Assembly (NCBI GenBank): GCA_028534125.1
Contig: CM052816.1
Span: 55,554,001 to 55,618,000, forward strand
DNA: 64,000 bases
Reading direction: 5' to 3'
Source of the DNA: Lama glama
Lineage: Eukaryota
The notes beneath the pieces were generated by a model. It did not search any database, was not told the DNA's origin, and saw only the letters and a program-made list of their open reading frames with translations. Each line of letters begins with the position of its first letter. The first letter of the stretch is position 1. This document shows positions 1 through 11,900 of the stretch, in pieces. Made by a program: the position numbers and the translations under genes.

Positions 1-1170
1 AGTATACTTACAAAAACTACCGAGCCAAAGTTGTAGTTTCCCTATACCAAAAAAATACAAAATGCTGATGAAAGAAATCAAGGGATATCTAAATAAATGA
101 AAAGATATATTATGTCTATGATTAGAAGACTTAACATAGTAAAAACATCAGTTCTCCCATGACTGATTGATCGATCTATCGATCGATCTACCTATCTATC
201 TATCTATCTATCTATAATGCAATTCAACCAAATGCCAGAAGATATTTTGTAGCTACAGATAAGTTGATTCTAAAATGTATATAGAGAAGCAAAAAAAAAA
301 AACAAACCAAAAACAAACAAACAAAAAACCCCACTAGAATAGCCAAAACAACTTAAAAAAAGAATAAAGTTGAAGGAGTCACAGTACATAATTTTATCAT
401 AAATCTACAATAACCAATGGTATTGGCAAAGAGATGGACACATAGATCAACGGAATAACATAAATAATAAATAATAATAACCGATTGTGAGAAATAAACC
501 TTCACAAATATAACCATTGATTTTCAACAAAAGTTTGAACGTCTTGACAATAGAGAAAGGATGATTATTTCAACAAAGGGTATTTGAACAACTGGACAGC
601 CAAATGAAAAAATAGGAACTTTGAGATAAACTTTGCACTTTACACAAAAATTCACTCAAAAATAAGTCATAGATGTAAATGTAAAACATAAAACCATAAA
701 ACTTTTTACAAGAAAACACAGGAGAAAAGCTTCATAAACTGGGATTAGGAAAAGAGTTCTGTCTTACATATGACACCAACAGCATGACCATAAAAGAAAA
801 CAAAGATAAATTGGACCTCATCCAAACTTAAAACTTCCTTCCATGAAAAGCACTATTAAGAGACTCAAAAGACAAGCTACAGACTGGGGGAATATATTTG
901 CAAATTACACATCTGACAAATGAACTATATTCAAAATATATAAGGTATTCTCAGAATTCAAGAGTAAGAAAACAAAACCCAATGAAAAAAATAGGGAAAA
1001 GACTTCAAGGGAACAAAGACAAAACAAAAAGGATGTACAGATGGCAAATAAGCAATGAAAACATGTTCACCATCATTAGCCATTAGGGAAATGTAAATTA
1101 AAACCACGAGGAGATACCAATACACACCTACTAGAAAGGCTAAAATTTAAAAATACTGACAATATCAAAT
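1..1170 (+). mobile_element. Degenerate LINE-1 ORF2 3' fragment (old L1M-type) in the ANKDD1B intron
   Basis: Typical L1 ORF2 3' phrases (catcagttctccc, gattctaaaatgtatat, agaatagccaaaacaac, tggtattggcaaagagatggacacatagatcaacggaa, catcattagccattagggaaatgtaaattaaaaccac); many stops. Confidence 0.85.
165..214. repeat. Compound (GATC)/(TCTA)n microsatellite inside the L1
   Basis: gattgatcgatctatcgatcgatctacctatctatctatctatctatcta. Confidence 0.9.
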
Positions 1171-1189
1171 TTAAGCTTCTTTCTTAGGG

Positions 1190-1680
1190 CATCAAGGCCA
1201 TGTGTGAACTGGTTCCATGTACACCCCTACCTCATTTGGTCTCCCTGTCACTCCTAATATCCAACTAGTCTGATCTTCCTCCTCTTTCAAGAACACATCA
1301 ATTTCATTCCTGCCTTGCATTTGCTGTTACTCTTGCTTAAAATGCTCTCCCCTCTGAACTTCCCATGGTTGGTTCCTTCCTATCATTCAGATATTTGTTC
1401 AAATGTCCTGTCTGCCTTGACCACCAAATCTGAAGTCCCCCTGTGTCCTTGTCCCAGTCTCGTCACCCTATTCCATGACCTCCACAGCACTTAACCACTA
1501 CCTTAAAATATCTTATTCATTTATTTGCTGACTGATCTCATCATGTATCAACCCTCCACCAGAACCAGAATCTGAGCTCCACTAGAATAGGGGCTGTCAT
1601 GCTCTCTCTGCATCCTCAAATCTAGACTATGTCTAGTAAGTAGTAAGCACTTGAAAATATTTCTAGAACGATGGATGGAT
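1190..1680 (+). mobile_element. LINE-2 3' fragment
   Basis: ttgcatttgctgttactcttgcttaaaatgctctcccc...gtaagtagtaagcacttgaaaatatt...gatggatggat resembles the L2 3' terminus. Confidence 0.65.
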
Positions 1681-2266
1681 CATGGACAAAATGACTGAAC
1701 ATTATATTAAGACGTTTTTGCTGTTCTGCCCTCTAGGCTGGTCTTCAGGAAATGAGGGTACTTCCCACTTGGATGGTGTGCCCCTTAAGAGACTTGACGT
1801 CATTCTCAACTTTGAGGGCTCTTCAACAGAGTGCCTCATGTTATGTTATAAATTATTCCCAAGGCATAGATGATCCACTCCGTGCTTTAAAGGCTTAAGT
1901 ACAGAAAGATTAAGAGACGTATTTAAAGTCACACAGTAAACCAGTGCATGAGTCAGGACATACGAGATAACAGCACGTGCAACTCTTTCCTTATTTGTAA
2001 AGGGCTTAATCATTTTTTGAAAAATCCTCTTCCTTCATCTGAGAGTTAACACTTTCCTTCCACCCACAGCGCAGAGTTCACCTGGAAAAACATCCCGAGA
2101 GTGTGTGCCAGACGTGGGTGGGGGTGGATCCTGAAGCTGACACCCAGCCCACGGCGGGCGCAGGGCTGGAAGGGGGCACTGAGGGCCCTTCCCGCGGCGG
2201 CCCGAGCGCAGCACGGGCACCTGCTAAGCCAGTCCGTCCCCCGCCCGCCCCCCACCCCGCGCCCAG

Positions 2267-2297
2267 CACCGCCACCGCCACCGCCACCGCCACCGCC
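2267..2297. repeat. (GCCACC)n / (GGTGGC)n hexamer repeat just inside ANKDD1B intron 1
   Basis: caccgccaccgccaccgccaccgccaccgcc. Confidence 0.9.
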
Positions 2298-2327
2298 GGA
2301 GTTCCCGCGCCGCGTCCCGGGACTCAC

Positions 2328-2480
2328 GGAACTCGTGTCCGGCTGCTGCCGCCTCCTCGTCCTCCGGCGGCCCCTCCTGCTTCGGAGTCCGGGACAGGCC
2401 CCTCAGGTCCTCCCGCAGCCCCTTGGCGGCCGCCGCCTCCCCGCAGCCCTGCGTCCCGGGGCGCGCGGGGCGGGCTCCAT
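2328..2480 (-). CDS. ANKDD1B: First exon of ankyrin repeat and death domain containing 1B; ATG appears out of frame with the conserved peptide
   Basis: Minus-strand peptide AAAAKGLREDLRGLSRTPKQEGPPEDEEAAAAGHEF resembles the recalled human N-terminus (AAAAAKGLREDL...[11 protein letters not shown]...AVAGHEL). ATG at 2480 gives MEPAPRAPG (human MDPAGRARG). Donor TCC|GTGAGT at 2328/2327. Known POLK-ANKDD1B same-strand synteny. Confidence 0.8.
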
Positions 2481-3309
2481 GGCCAGCCCCGAGGCCCGCG
2501 CTGCGCGGGCCGGCGCCGCTTAGACCCGCGGCTGGAGGCGGGCGGGCCGGCCCGGGCGGGAAGGCGGCGTCGGGCCGCTCGGCTCTCCGCTGCCCGCGCT
2601 TCTGCGGGCCGCCTGCCCCCGGGGCTCCGGCCTCCCCGGGTCCCGCCGCCCGGGCGGGGCCGCCCTGAGGTGTGGCGCGCGCCGTGGGGTGGTCACCTGA
2701 GGTGAAAGCTCGGAGAAAACGCCCGGCGCACACGTAAGCCGTTCTTCAGACGATTTTGAGAAGTGTCAGGGTTGGCTTTATAACCAACACTGCTGCAACT
2801 TCAGTACTGAATCCTTTCTAAGTGGGCTTATTCTAGAATTTTCTTTCGAATGAAGTTAAGACTCAGTTGCTTCTCTGAAGATGGAAAACCTTGGTATCCC
2901 ATTCTAATGCAGTGGTAATCTACTGGACTCCCCACCGGATATTGTTTTTTTCTTAGTGTTTTATAAAATAAAGAATTCATGAAACAGTAATCTATTTTGG
3001 GCAATAGGGTGCCTGGCTCAAATTCTGATAATATGGAAGAAAAATAGAATATTGAAGGGCAACCAGGATATCTCCCCTGAATCCCTAGCACCTAAGAACA
3101 GCTAAGCACAGTGTTTAATGGATTACAAGAAAGAAAGAGAGAGAGAGAGGAAAGGAAGAAAGGAAGGAAAACCACGGCACATTTCATTCCTGGGGATGGG
3201 TTCAGAAGTTAAATTGGAAGTTTAGCATGTAATAGGAGTGGGGAAAAAATGAGCCCTTAAATTAAAACAGAACTAGATTTGACCCCAGAACTGACCCATC
3301 TTTTTGGTA

Positions 3310-3348
3310 CACAGACACAGACACACACAGACACACACACACACACAC
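3310..3348. repeat. (CACAGA)/(CA)n microsatellite
   Basis: cacagacacagacacacacagacacacacacacacacac. Confidence 0.9.
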
Positions 3349-3570
3349 GGATATGAGTGATGATGTTAGGAAAGCACTGTCTACAAAAATGCACAAAATG
3401 ATTTAGAGAAGAGAAAGAAAATGATGAAAGCTGAGAAATGGGTCGGAAGCCCAGAGAGATTAGGCACCTGATGAGGACTTGACAAAAAGGAATGGAAAAA
3501 AGTGGATGTTTTCAAGAGGCCCTCCAAGGGTAGACAGAATTCAGTAACATATGGGTTTGGCAGAGGTTTA

Positions 3571-3592
3571 GTGTGTGTGTGTGTGTGTGTGT
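3571..3592. repeat. (GT)n microsatellite
   Basis: gtgtgtgtgtgtgtgtgtgtgt. Confidence 0.9.
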
Positions 3593-4999
3593 GAGCGTGC
3601 ACACAGTATGTATATATGCTCATATATAATGTAGGTATATGTATGCATATGCATATGTAGGTATGTATGAGTTTGAAATCATAAATTTAAGAGACTGAGA
3701 TTAGAAGGAAAGGGTGAAAACTATTTGCCTGTGAATTATGTTCTGTCTCCCTGAGCCTTCTGTAGACGAGTTAGAAAATACAACTGTTATAAATTACCTC
3801 ACACTTATAAGGAGAACAGTTCAATATTATGGTTTGCTTTATAAATGGAATCATGTATTTAATACTCACCTAATATCATTGGAGTTTTTCTTGAACAGCT
3901 GTTAACCGAATTATGTATTACAGAGCAAAAGTGATTACCCCTTAGTGATACAACAAAAGTACAGTTTTTGCTCCAGGGGAATAAACACCGCCTCTCTGTG
4001 AAGTTCACTAAAACCCTACCAGCACTAGGTATGCTCAAATATATTACTGTTTTTCAAAATAGAACATTCCTTAAAAAAAGAAAAAAAATCAGCACCAAGC
4101 ACCAGGTATGGTCTTCAAAACAGAGTATCTCCTCAAGTTAATAGTCATATTATAAGCATTTTTCCAAATACTTCCAAGCTACCCCCCAAAAACATAGTAA
4201 TAAAATAGTTATAAAGCAAGCCATTGACCAATAATTGAAAAGAAATGCAATTCCCTCTTCCTGGAATGCCCGTTCCTTAGGTCCCAGCTTAAGTGTGGCC
4301 ATCTATGTCAGCCGCCTCCCTGACTTCCCAAGGAAAAATAGTAAGATAGTAATAGACATCAGTCTTCGGACACATGTTATTTATTTATTTATGGGTCAAC
4401 ATATGATATATATCCACAAATGACAATTAGCACCTCTGAGTGCTAGGCTTTATACCTCATATTTAGAAATCAGAGGTCAGTGGAAGACAGTCCAGGATCT
4501 CTAGCAGCCTGCAACTAGTAGGGAGAGACAACAGTGAAGTCACAGCTAAGAATGTTTGTGTCTTCATAGAGAATCAGGAGCGAAGGAGTGACTAATGAAT
4601 TTTCCCAGAGGGCAGGGAACCTTTCCTGAAGACGGACAGCCCTTGGGCTGCATTGAAAGATGAGTAGTTGTGTGTGGTGGGAGAGAGCAAAGGGGCATTC
4701 AGAAAGCACATTCTGGGCAGAGGGAGCAACTGAGCATGAACTGGAAGGGAGAAATGGCTTGATTTATTCAAGGAGCTACAAGCTATGCAGTGTGACTTGA
4801 TTGGCCTTAAATGTCATACATCATGGACTGTGATTTGCAAGAGCTAGCTTGTAGTGACACTGTTTATGGCTAACCTGCAAAAATGCACTAAGTGATTTAG
4901 AGCAGGAAAAGCTGAAAAATCAGTTGGAAGGTCAGAGCTTAGGCATCATTTATTAAACAGTGAATACTTTTTGTACTGAGTTGTCTAAAACGTCTATAC

Positions 5000-7075
5000 C
5001 CATGCCAATACTGCTCTTAGTGTACTGTTTTATGATAAATCTTGCCTGTCTTTCCACCATGTTATATTCTTGGGCCTTCACTCATCCATATAAAATTTAG
5101 GATCTACTTAATAACTTCCAAGAAAAACCATGTGAAGTTTTGTTTTGAATTTTATTGAACTTATAGAATAATTGGGGGGAAATAGTTATCTTTAAGAGTT
5201 ATTTCTCCCATTCATGAATACGATTACTTTTTTATCAATATCAATGCCTTCTATTATTTTGCTGGAGATGCTGGCCAATTCAATAAATAAAAGAAATAAG
5301 ATGAATAAAAACTGGACACAAAGAAATAAAACTATTGTCAGATGAAGTGTTTGTCTACATTTTTGAAATCTACATTTAATAAAGGAGTTCAACAAGGTTG
5401 TGGCTATAAGATCAATGTACAAAATCAGTAGCATTCCTGTACAACAGTAATAACTAATTAGAAAATGTAATAAAAATAATCTCTTTCATGAGAACAATCT
5501 ATCAGAGAACTAAAGGGGCAAGGGAGGGTGACCTGTCAAAATATGTGCAAGAACTTGGGGAGAGAAATGTGCTTTTTCTCTGTGGAAGCTAGAAGTATGC
5601 AGAGATGAAGGAAAATACCACCTTGGTAAGGAAAACAGTTCTGCCACTTTTTTCTTTGCCTTTTGTGATATATGTCACATATGAAAAAGAGTGTTTTAAA
5701 ATAGATACACACAGTTTAAATATATTTTTTAAGTAACACACATTCAGTCACCACCCAAGACAAGAAATAGAATCTTGTCAGCATCCCAGCAGCTCCATGT
5801 ACCATTCCTCAAACACATTCCCTTATCTCCCCACAGAGGAAGCCATTATTCTAACTTTTGGGACAATAATATATTTGTGGTTCTTTATAATTTGACCCCT
5901 TATGAATACACCCCTAGAGCAATATAAACTGTTTGAACTTTGTATAAATGGAACCATGCTGATGGCATCCTTCTCTGATTTGCTTCTTTTGCTCCACATT
6001 ATGTTTGTGCTATTCATCCACCTTCTGATTAGCTATTTCCTGCATTTTCACCCGTGTGTAGAATCCTATTGTTTGAATACACGTGAGTATACAATGGTAG
6101 AATTCAACCTTCTACTAGTGCTGAATATTTGGTTTATTTCCCTTTTTCAGCTATTACAGTGCTGCTATGAGTATTCTTGTACATGCTTCCTAAGAAACAT
6201 GTTCAATAGTTTCCCTAAGACACTGTTACCCGTTTTGGTTCTGGCATAAAAAAAATTATATTTTGAGATGAGTTTTAAGCAAGGAACCATTTGTGTGGGA
6301 AGGGTGTGGGGAAACCTCACAGGATAGGGCAGCACCTCAGGGCTAATAAGAGCAAGGCTCTGTTGCCACCCCGGGGGTGAAGAGGTGAGGGCAGAAAGGG
6401 ACTATGAGAACCTGGAGAGAGAGAAGGATGCAGTATGAAGAAGTTGTTGACCTTTGGTCAAAGGACCTAACCAGCTTGAGATGATCCTTCAAAAAAGTAT
6501 ATAAGAGAATAAATACCAACTTCATCTTCTTTCCCCCCTGAAACCTGCAGTGGCTCCCCACTGCCATGGTGCTCACTGGACACAAAGCCAGGTGAAGGGC
6601 AAAGAGTAAATCTGGAGGCAAATGGAAGGTAACTAGCAAAGCTGTCTATTTAAGAGAGCAGCTGCTGCATTGTTGAGAGTGTATATCGTCAGCCTTACTA
6701 AAGCCTAAACTGTTTTCAAAGAGATTGTTTTCAAAGCAAGAGCTCACATTGCTTCACATCCTCACCAAAACTTAGTATCGTTGAATCCTTTCATTTTGGT
6801 GAATCAGCTAGAGGTGTTAAAATACTTCTTGGTGGTTTTATTTTTCATTTCCCTTTTACAAAAACGCTGAGAATGTTTGCATGTTTCTTGGCCATCTGAT
6901 TTTCTTTTTATGTAAAGTGCCATTTAAAGACTTTTGTCCAAATTTCTATTATCTTTTTCTTACTGATTCATAGGAGTCACTTACATATTTTGGATTGTTT
7001 GTTTTCTGGACTCTAGTTTTTTGCCAATTATATGGTTGCAGATATGTTCTTCTGGGTGGTTACTTACATTCTGAC
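5000..7075. mobile_element. Cluster of old L1M/L1ME fragments (mixed orientation), interrupted by a probable ERVL-type LTR at ~6240-6650
   Basis: L1 phrases (caacaaggttgtggctataagatcaatgtacaaaatcagtagcattcct; ggaagccattattctaacttttg; cttcacatcctcaccaaaacttagtatc). LTR33/LTR16-like ggctcccactgcc...aagccagg...atctggaggcaaatggaag. Confidence 0.6.
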
Positions 7076-7289
7076 CCTCTAAGTAGGAAGATTATAGGTG
7101 CTTTTTGCTGTATTTTTAAAAGCGCCCTCACACAAAATTATAGTAAAAAGAAAATTAGTTGGAGCATTAGATAAAACAGAAAAAGATGTGGAGAAAATTC
7201 TGGGCAAAGAAAATAAGAATAAAAGCAACAGAGGTGGGGCAACAATGGAAAAATAAGGAAACAACTTCTATTGGCCAAAAGATTAAACA

Positions 7290-8824
7290 TTTAAAATTTC
7301 ATTTTAAATTTTTATTAAACATTACTAAATGATAACATTCAATTAATGAAACATCTAAATGAAAATAATTTAGTATTTACTCTAATGTTGAAAACACAAA
7401 AATAAACTTGAAACAAGATAGAAAAAAATGAAATATGGTGCTATCCACTTTTCAATACACTAAATCAGTGTTTCATTGAACTTAATTTTGTACAGAATCT
7501 ATAAAAGTAAATCATACAATCAAGAACCATAGCTCTACAAGTGGGTATTTGCCTTGGCATACAATAAATTAGGCATAAGACTGGCATGCTAATAAACATT
7601 AAGCCTAATTTTAAACAATCTAGTGATTTAAAGTCCAGTTACCACTTTCCAAAGGTTGTACAATATTCTAATTTAAGCTATTCCTAAAATATTATTTCTT
7701 TATAAATTTATGTAATGAGTTATAAAGTAAGAAGAAATACATGAGAACAAAAGATTTGGTTCCTTACAGCAGTAACAGAAAATGTTTCCATCTTCATGTT
7801 TCAATTAAATAATTGTTTTTTAATAAAAAGTCTTACTGATAGCACAGAAGTATTTGGCGTAACTGCTTAAGCTAACTACTGTTAAGCTGTCTTCTTTCAT
7901 GAGTATTAAAAAAAACATGATAGAAATATAACTAAGATAAATGAGGTATTTTAATACACATTAATATTTTGAATTGTATATTTTTCTCTAGAAGGTTATA
8001 ATAATAAAGTGAGTGTACAATTTATCCTTTTTTACAGACGTGTGTAAAGTACAAATATAACTGCCAAGAAATGAAATACTGCCATTTAAAAGTCCCAGAT
8101 AAGAAAATAATTACCTTGAATCTATGCTAAACTTTTAAAAAGTGAACCAAGTGCTTATTCATTAGATAAAGAAATTTTAAAGTAAAAAAATCAAGTGAAT
8201 AACTATATTTTAAACAAAAATTCTTTTCACACAGAAAATATTATGACACTATTTTCCTGAAGGTAACAAAACCACTTATGCTAGTTCTGCTAAACTAATG
8301 TTCTTCAGAGAACTTATGATAAATATTAATTATGAATGCTCATGAGGTATCTGAAGATACTAGGAGCTAAAATATGAATATACAAAGCTGAAGAAGATAC
8401 TAAGATCAAATATAGCAGCCCAGTGCCGACAAAGTAGTTAAGTGCTGAAAAATTCTTACGCTAAAATAGGTTTGTTAGAACCTGAGACCCCTTATAAATA
8501 TGTTTTTATATTCACTATAAAATATAATGAAGAAAGAAATCACTTCCTGATCCCATTCCTAACTTCTCATTTTAAAATTATCTCTAAGAGGACTGATTTC
8601 CGATTGAAGTATCAAACAAGTGAAATTCTCATGGTTATCAAACAAATACACAGAAGTAGATTAGTTTATATTCCAAATTCATATGAAGGAAATGTCATTT
8701 GGGGAGGGATTATTGCACTTGCCTTTCACTAAATGAATCTGTAAACTTGAAATGAGGAAGAATACATTCATTGATAATGAAATAACAAGTTTCAATCAAA
8801 AATTAATCATAGAATGTTCAACAT
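7290..8824 (-). other. POLK: POLK 3' UTR with candidate AATAAA polyadenylation signal at 7316-7311
   Basis: Repeat-free AT-rich stretch after the stop codon; tttatt on + at 7311-7316 followed on the minus strand by U-rich sequence; repeats resume beyond it. Confidence 0.55.
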
Positions 8825-8909
8825 TCATTTGAAAAATACATCAAGGGTGTGTCTGGGATTGTTTGGTTTTGTTTTCTTTGATGCCGAGTACTTTGTCATC
8901 AGTCCTGGC
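8825..8909 (-). CDS. POLK: POLK last coding exon ([27 protein letters not shown]), carrying the PIP box
   Basis: Acceptor ttccag| at 8910; TGA at 8827-8825; 85 nt. Confidence 0.96.
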
Positions 8910-11900
8910 CTGGAATAACAAAGAACATGCAATTAAAATGCAGGAAGAGATTTAAGAAATTGTTTTTGCAAAGAATTGATTTTAAGACTTTTACTTGATG
9001 ATTTATAAAAGCAAATTTTAACATTTCCTTAAAGTTAGGCATCAAAACATAACAATTTTATTTTAAATGGAGGTATGGGGGATTGAGCCCAGATCTCGAG
9101 CATGCTAAGCAAGCGCTCTACCAAGGAGCTCTTACTCACTCTCCCCAGATATAACAATTTTATAGTCAGCTTTATTAAGACTCAAATTAGCCATACCTTT
9201 TTGTTTTTGTTCCAATCTTCTGTAGTTTTCCTGAGTTACCTTTAGAGGGAAGAAAAGTCAAGAAATTCTACAATGAATAACATGGAATAATTTAAAAACT
9301 TTATGAAAATTCAAAGAGTTAAAGCTGACTGACTAAAGATAATAAAAACTTCCTTAGTACTACATAGTTCTAAATTATACATATCAGAAACTAATTTATA
9401 GCATTAATTTCTTTGTAATTTACTTGTTTCATTACTATTATACTTAATTTTGAAGTTCAGTTAGAGTCAGAACTACCAAAAAACAAGTTAAAGAGACTTT
9501 CTGGCTATATAATTATATTTAATTTACCACTATGTCTTGGCAAATGTTCTCAGAAGGAATTTCTTTTTGATTAGGTCATTCAGCTCCCCAAAGCCTCGAG
9601 TTCATTCTGTGCAAAATCAAGCCCAAACCAAAGTTTTCCCAAAATTTAAAATTTAATCACTTCAGTTAATTCTAATCCATGGTAAGGTAACTAACATTTT
9701 TAAATGGCAGCATACACAAACTATCCCTTTAATGGTATATGTTTCAGACCATTTAACACCAATCTCAATTTTAATAAAACATTCTTAGAAAATTAAGTTC
9801 TTTAAAATGACTACAAACTCACCAGTACTTTTGGTGCTTTCTTTGGGTTGATTAACTGGATTAATCTTATCCTTTCTCAGTTCCTGGATAATGCCTTTAT
9901 TTAAGCAAACATCCACATGCACATTGAACAAGGTAAGATTTGATGTCTTTTGTTCTAGATTACAAACAGGACAAACTAGAGCTTGGTCACTGGTCACTTC
10001 ACATAAGTAAGGTTGGGAGGATTCTTGCCTTCTTAATGACCCGACATCTTCATTTTCCAATGAAACAGTACAAAAAGAATTCTGAGCACAGTATTCAATA
10101 TTAAACGATTTGCTTGGAAGATTAGAACCTTCCTCTTTGCTGTGCTTATTACTTTCAGCATCTACATCTTCTGTTTTAGGTGAGTTACTGATGGTCTCTA
10201 CCAACTCTACAGATTCTGCTGGGGTGACCTCTATATTCCTCTGATGGGTTTCATAATCCTGCTTCTCACAGAGTGAAACAGAATCATGTACAGTTTCTAT
10301 CTTGTTCACTTCTGTAGAGGAAGCATGTGAACATGAGGACATTTTAGAGTTTCCACTGACTGAAGGTCCATCAAGACATGCATCTACATGTTTATTAAAG
10401 GCTTCCAGACTGACGCTTCCTTGCTCCTTAAAGCAAACAGGACAGGTAAATATCTGACAGTTATCTGAATTCTCCAGTGTTTCTAAATTCTTACTCATCT
10501 TCTTCTTTAAAACTTGGAATGATTGTGATGTCTGTAAACTCTGTTTATCTACAGTTTCAAATTTAAATGTGTCTTGGTGGCTCCATTTCCTTTCAGATCG
10601 CTTTTTATCAAAGAAACTCTTCTTATGAGACATTTCTAGAGGTTTTAGAAACTGATCTTTGTCAGTTTTCTCTAGTATACACCCAGTGGCTGATAGGGCT
10701 TGGTTTCCAGGCTGTAAGAAGCCAATAATGCTCCTTTGTTGGTGTTTTTTGTCTTCTTCATTGGGAAAACTAGATAGCCGCACACCTAAATTAAACCAAC
10801 CACAATTAATTCATTTCAAATTCAAGAAAACCAACTTATTCATAAAGCATAAAGTTATTTTGCAGAATACTACTGTGACAAACATGCAAAAGGCTGTTCA
10901 GTGAAAAATAACAAGCAACACTGTATATTTTCTCAATGAAAGGATGTTTTTCAAAGGTGATATTATGAATAGAAATTTAGTATCCTTTATAAAGCTACGT
11001 ATATAGAAATTAAGTATCCTTTATAAAGCTACGTATACTAAATAGTAAGTATCTACTAGAGTTAGCACAAGCATATAGGTTTTTCTGTTAATATCTGACA
11101 CATGATATCATTAAATACCAAATAACTAATTGGAGTCAATTATATAGACTCTTCAGCTCCTTTTTTTTTTTTTAAATAGGCTTTATTTTTTGTAGCAATT
11201 TTCACTTTCTCAGCAAAATTGGGTAGAAAGTACAGAGAGTTCCCATATATACCTGCTCCCACACATACAAAGCCTTCTCCACTACCAACATCCTGTACCA
11301 GAGTCATACATTTGTTACAACTAGGGACTCTACATTGACACAACATTATTACCCAAAGTCCATAGTTTATATTAGGGTTCACTTTCAATGTTGTACACTC
11401 TATGGGTTTTGACAAGTGTCTAATGACGTGTATCCACCATTATAGTATTATACAGAATAGTTTCACTGCCCTAAAATTTCTGTGTGCTCTGCCTATTCCA
11501 CACTCCCCAGTCCTTGACAACCAGTGATCTTTTTATTGTCTTCATAGTTTTATATTTTCCAGACTGTCATATGTTGGAATCACACAGTAAGTAGCCTTTT
11601 CAGATCAGCTTTTGCAGTTAATAACATACATTTTAGGTTCCTCCATGTCTTTTCATGGCTTGATAGCTCATTACTTTTACGTGCTGAATAATAATGTTTT
11701 CTGAATGTACCACAGTTTCCATTTACCTAATACTGAAGGACATCTTGGTTGCTTCCAAGTTTTGGCAATTATAAATAAAACTGTTATTAACATTCATTCT
11801 TCAGCTCTTCTAGTTATCATACTTATTCAGATTGATTTCAGTATGTGCTATCTTTCATATGTGAAAATATGGCTAATGACCTGGTCTTAGCAGGAAAGCT

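Larger units (their letters stand above)
2130..2760. promoter_or_regulatory. CpG island / promoter of ANKDD1B with GC boxes
   Basis: Very GC- and CpG-rich block in AT-rich surroundings; GGGCGG boxes (e.g. 2652-2660); contains a first exon with a GTGAGT donor. Confidence 0.9.

Noticed and set aside
2035..2733. Several overlapping 60-200 aa ORFs on both strands (poly-Pro, poly-Gly, ATATAT peptides)
   Set aside because: Stop-codon scarcity in a CpG island plus the GCCACC repeat explains them; only the KGLRED...GHE segment has recognisable homology.
3310..3600. (CA)n and (GT)n tracts in inverted arrangement upstream of ANKDD1B
   Set aside because: Common microsatellites; the inverted pairing is easily coincidental.
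9062..9150. Possible tRNA-Ala gene (also at ~20.85 kb)
   Set aside because: Diverged stems, AT-rich tails and a TSD indicate SINE copies, not functional tRNA genes.
9785..10783. 332-aa ORF as a stand-alone gene
   Set aside because: It is the large internal POLK exon (GTG pseudo-start) with a few codons of read-through into the intron.
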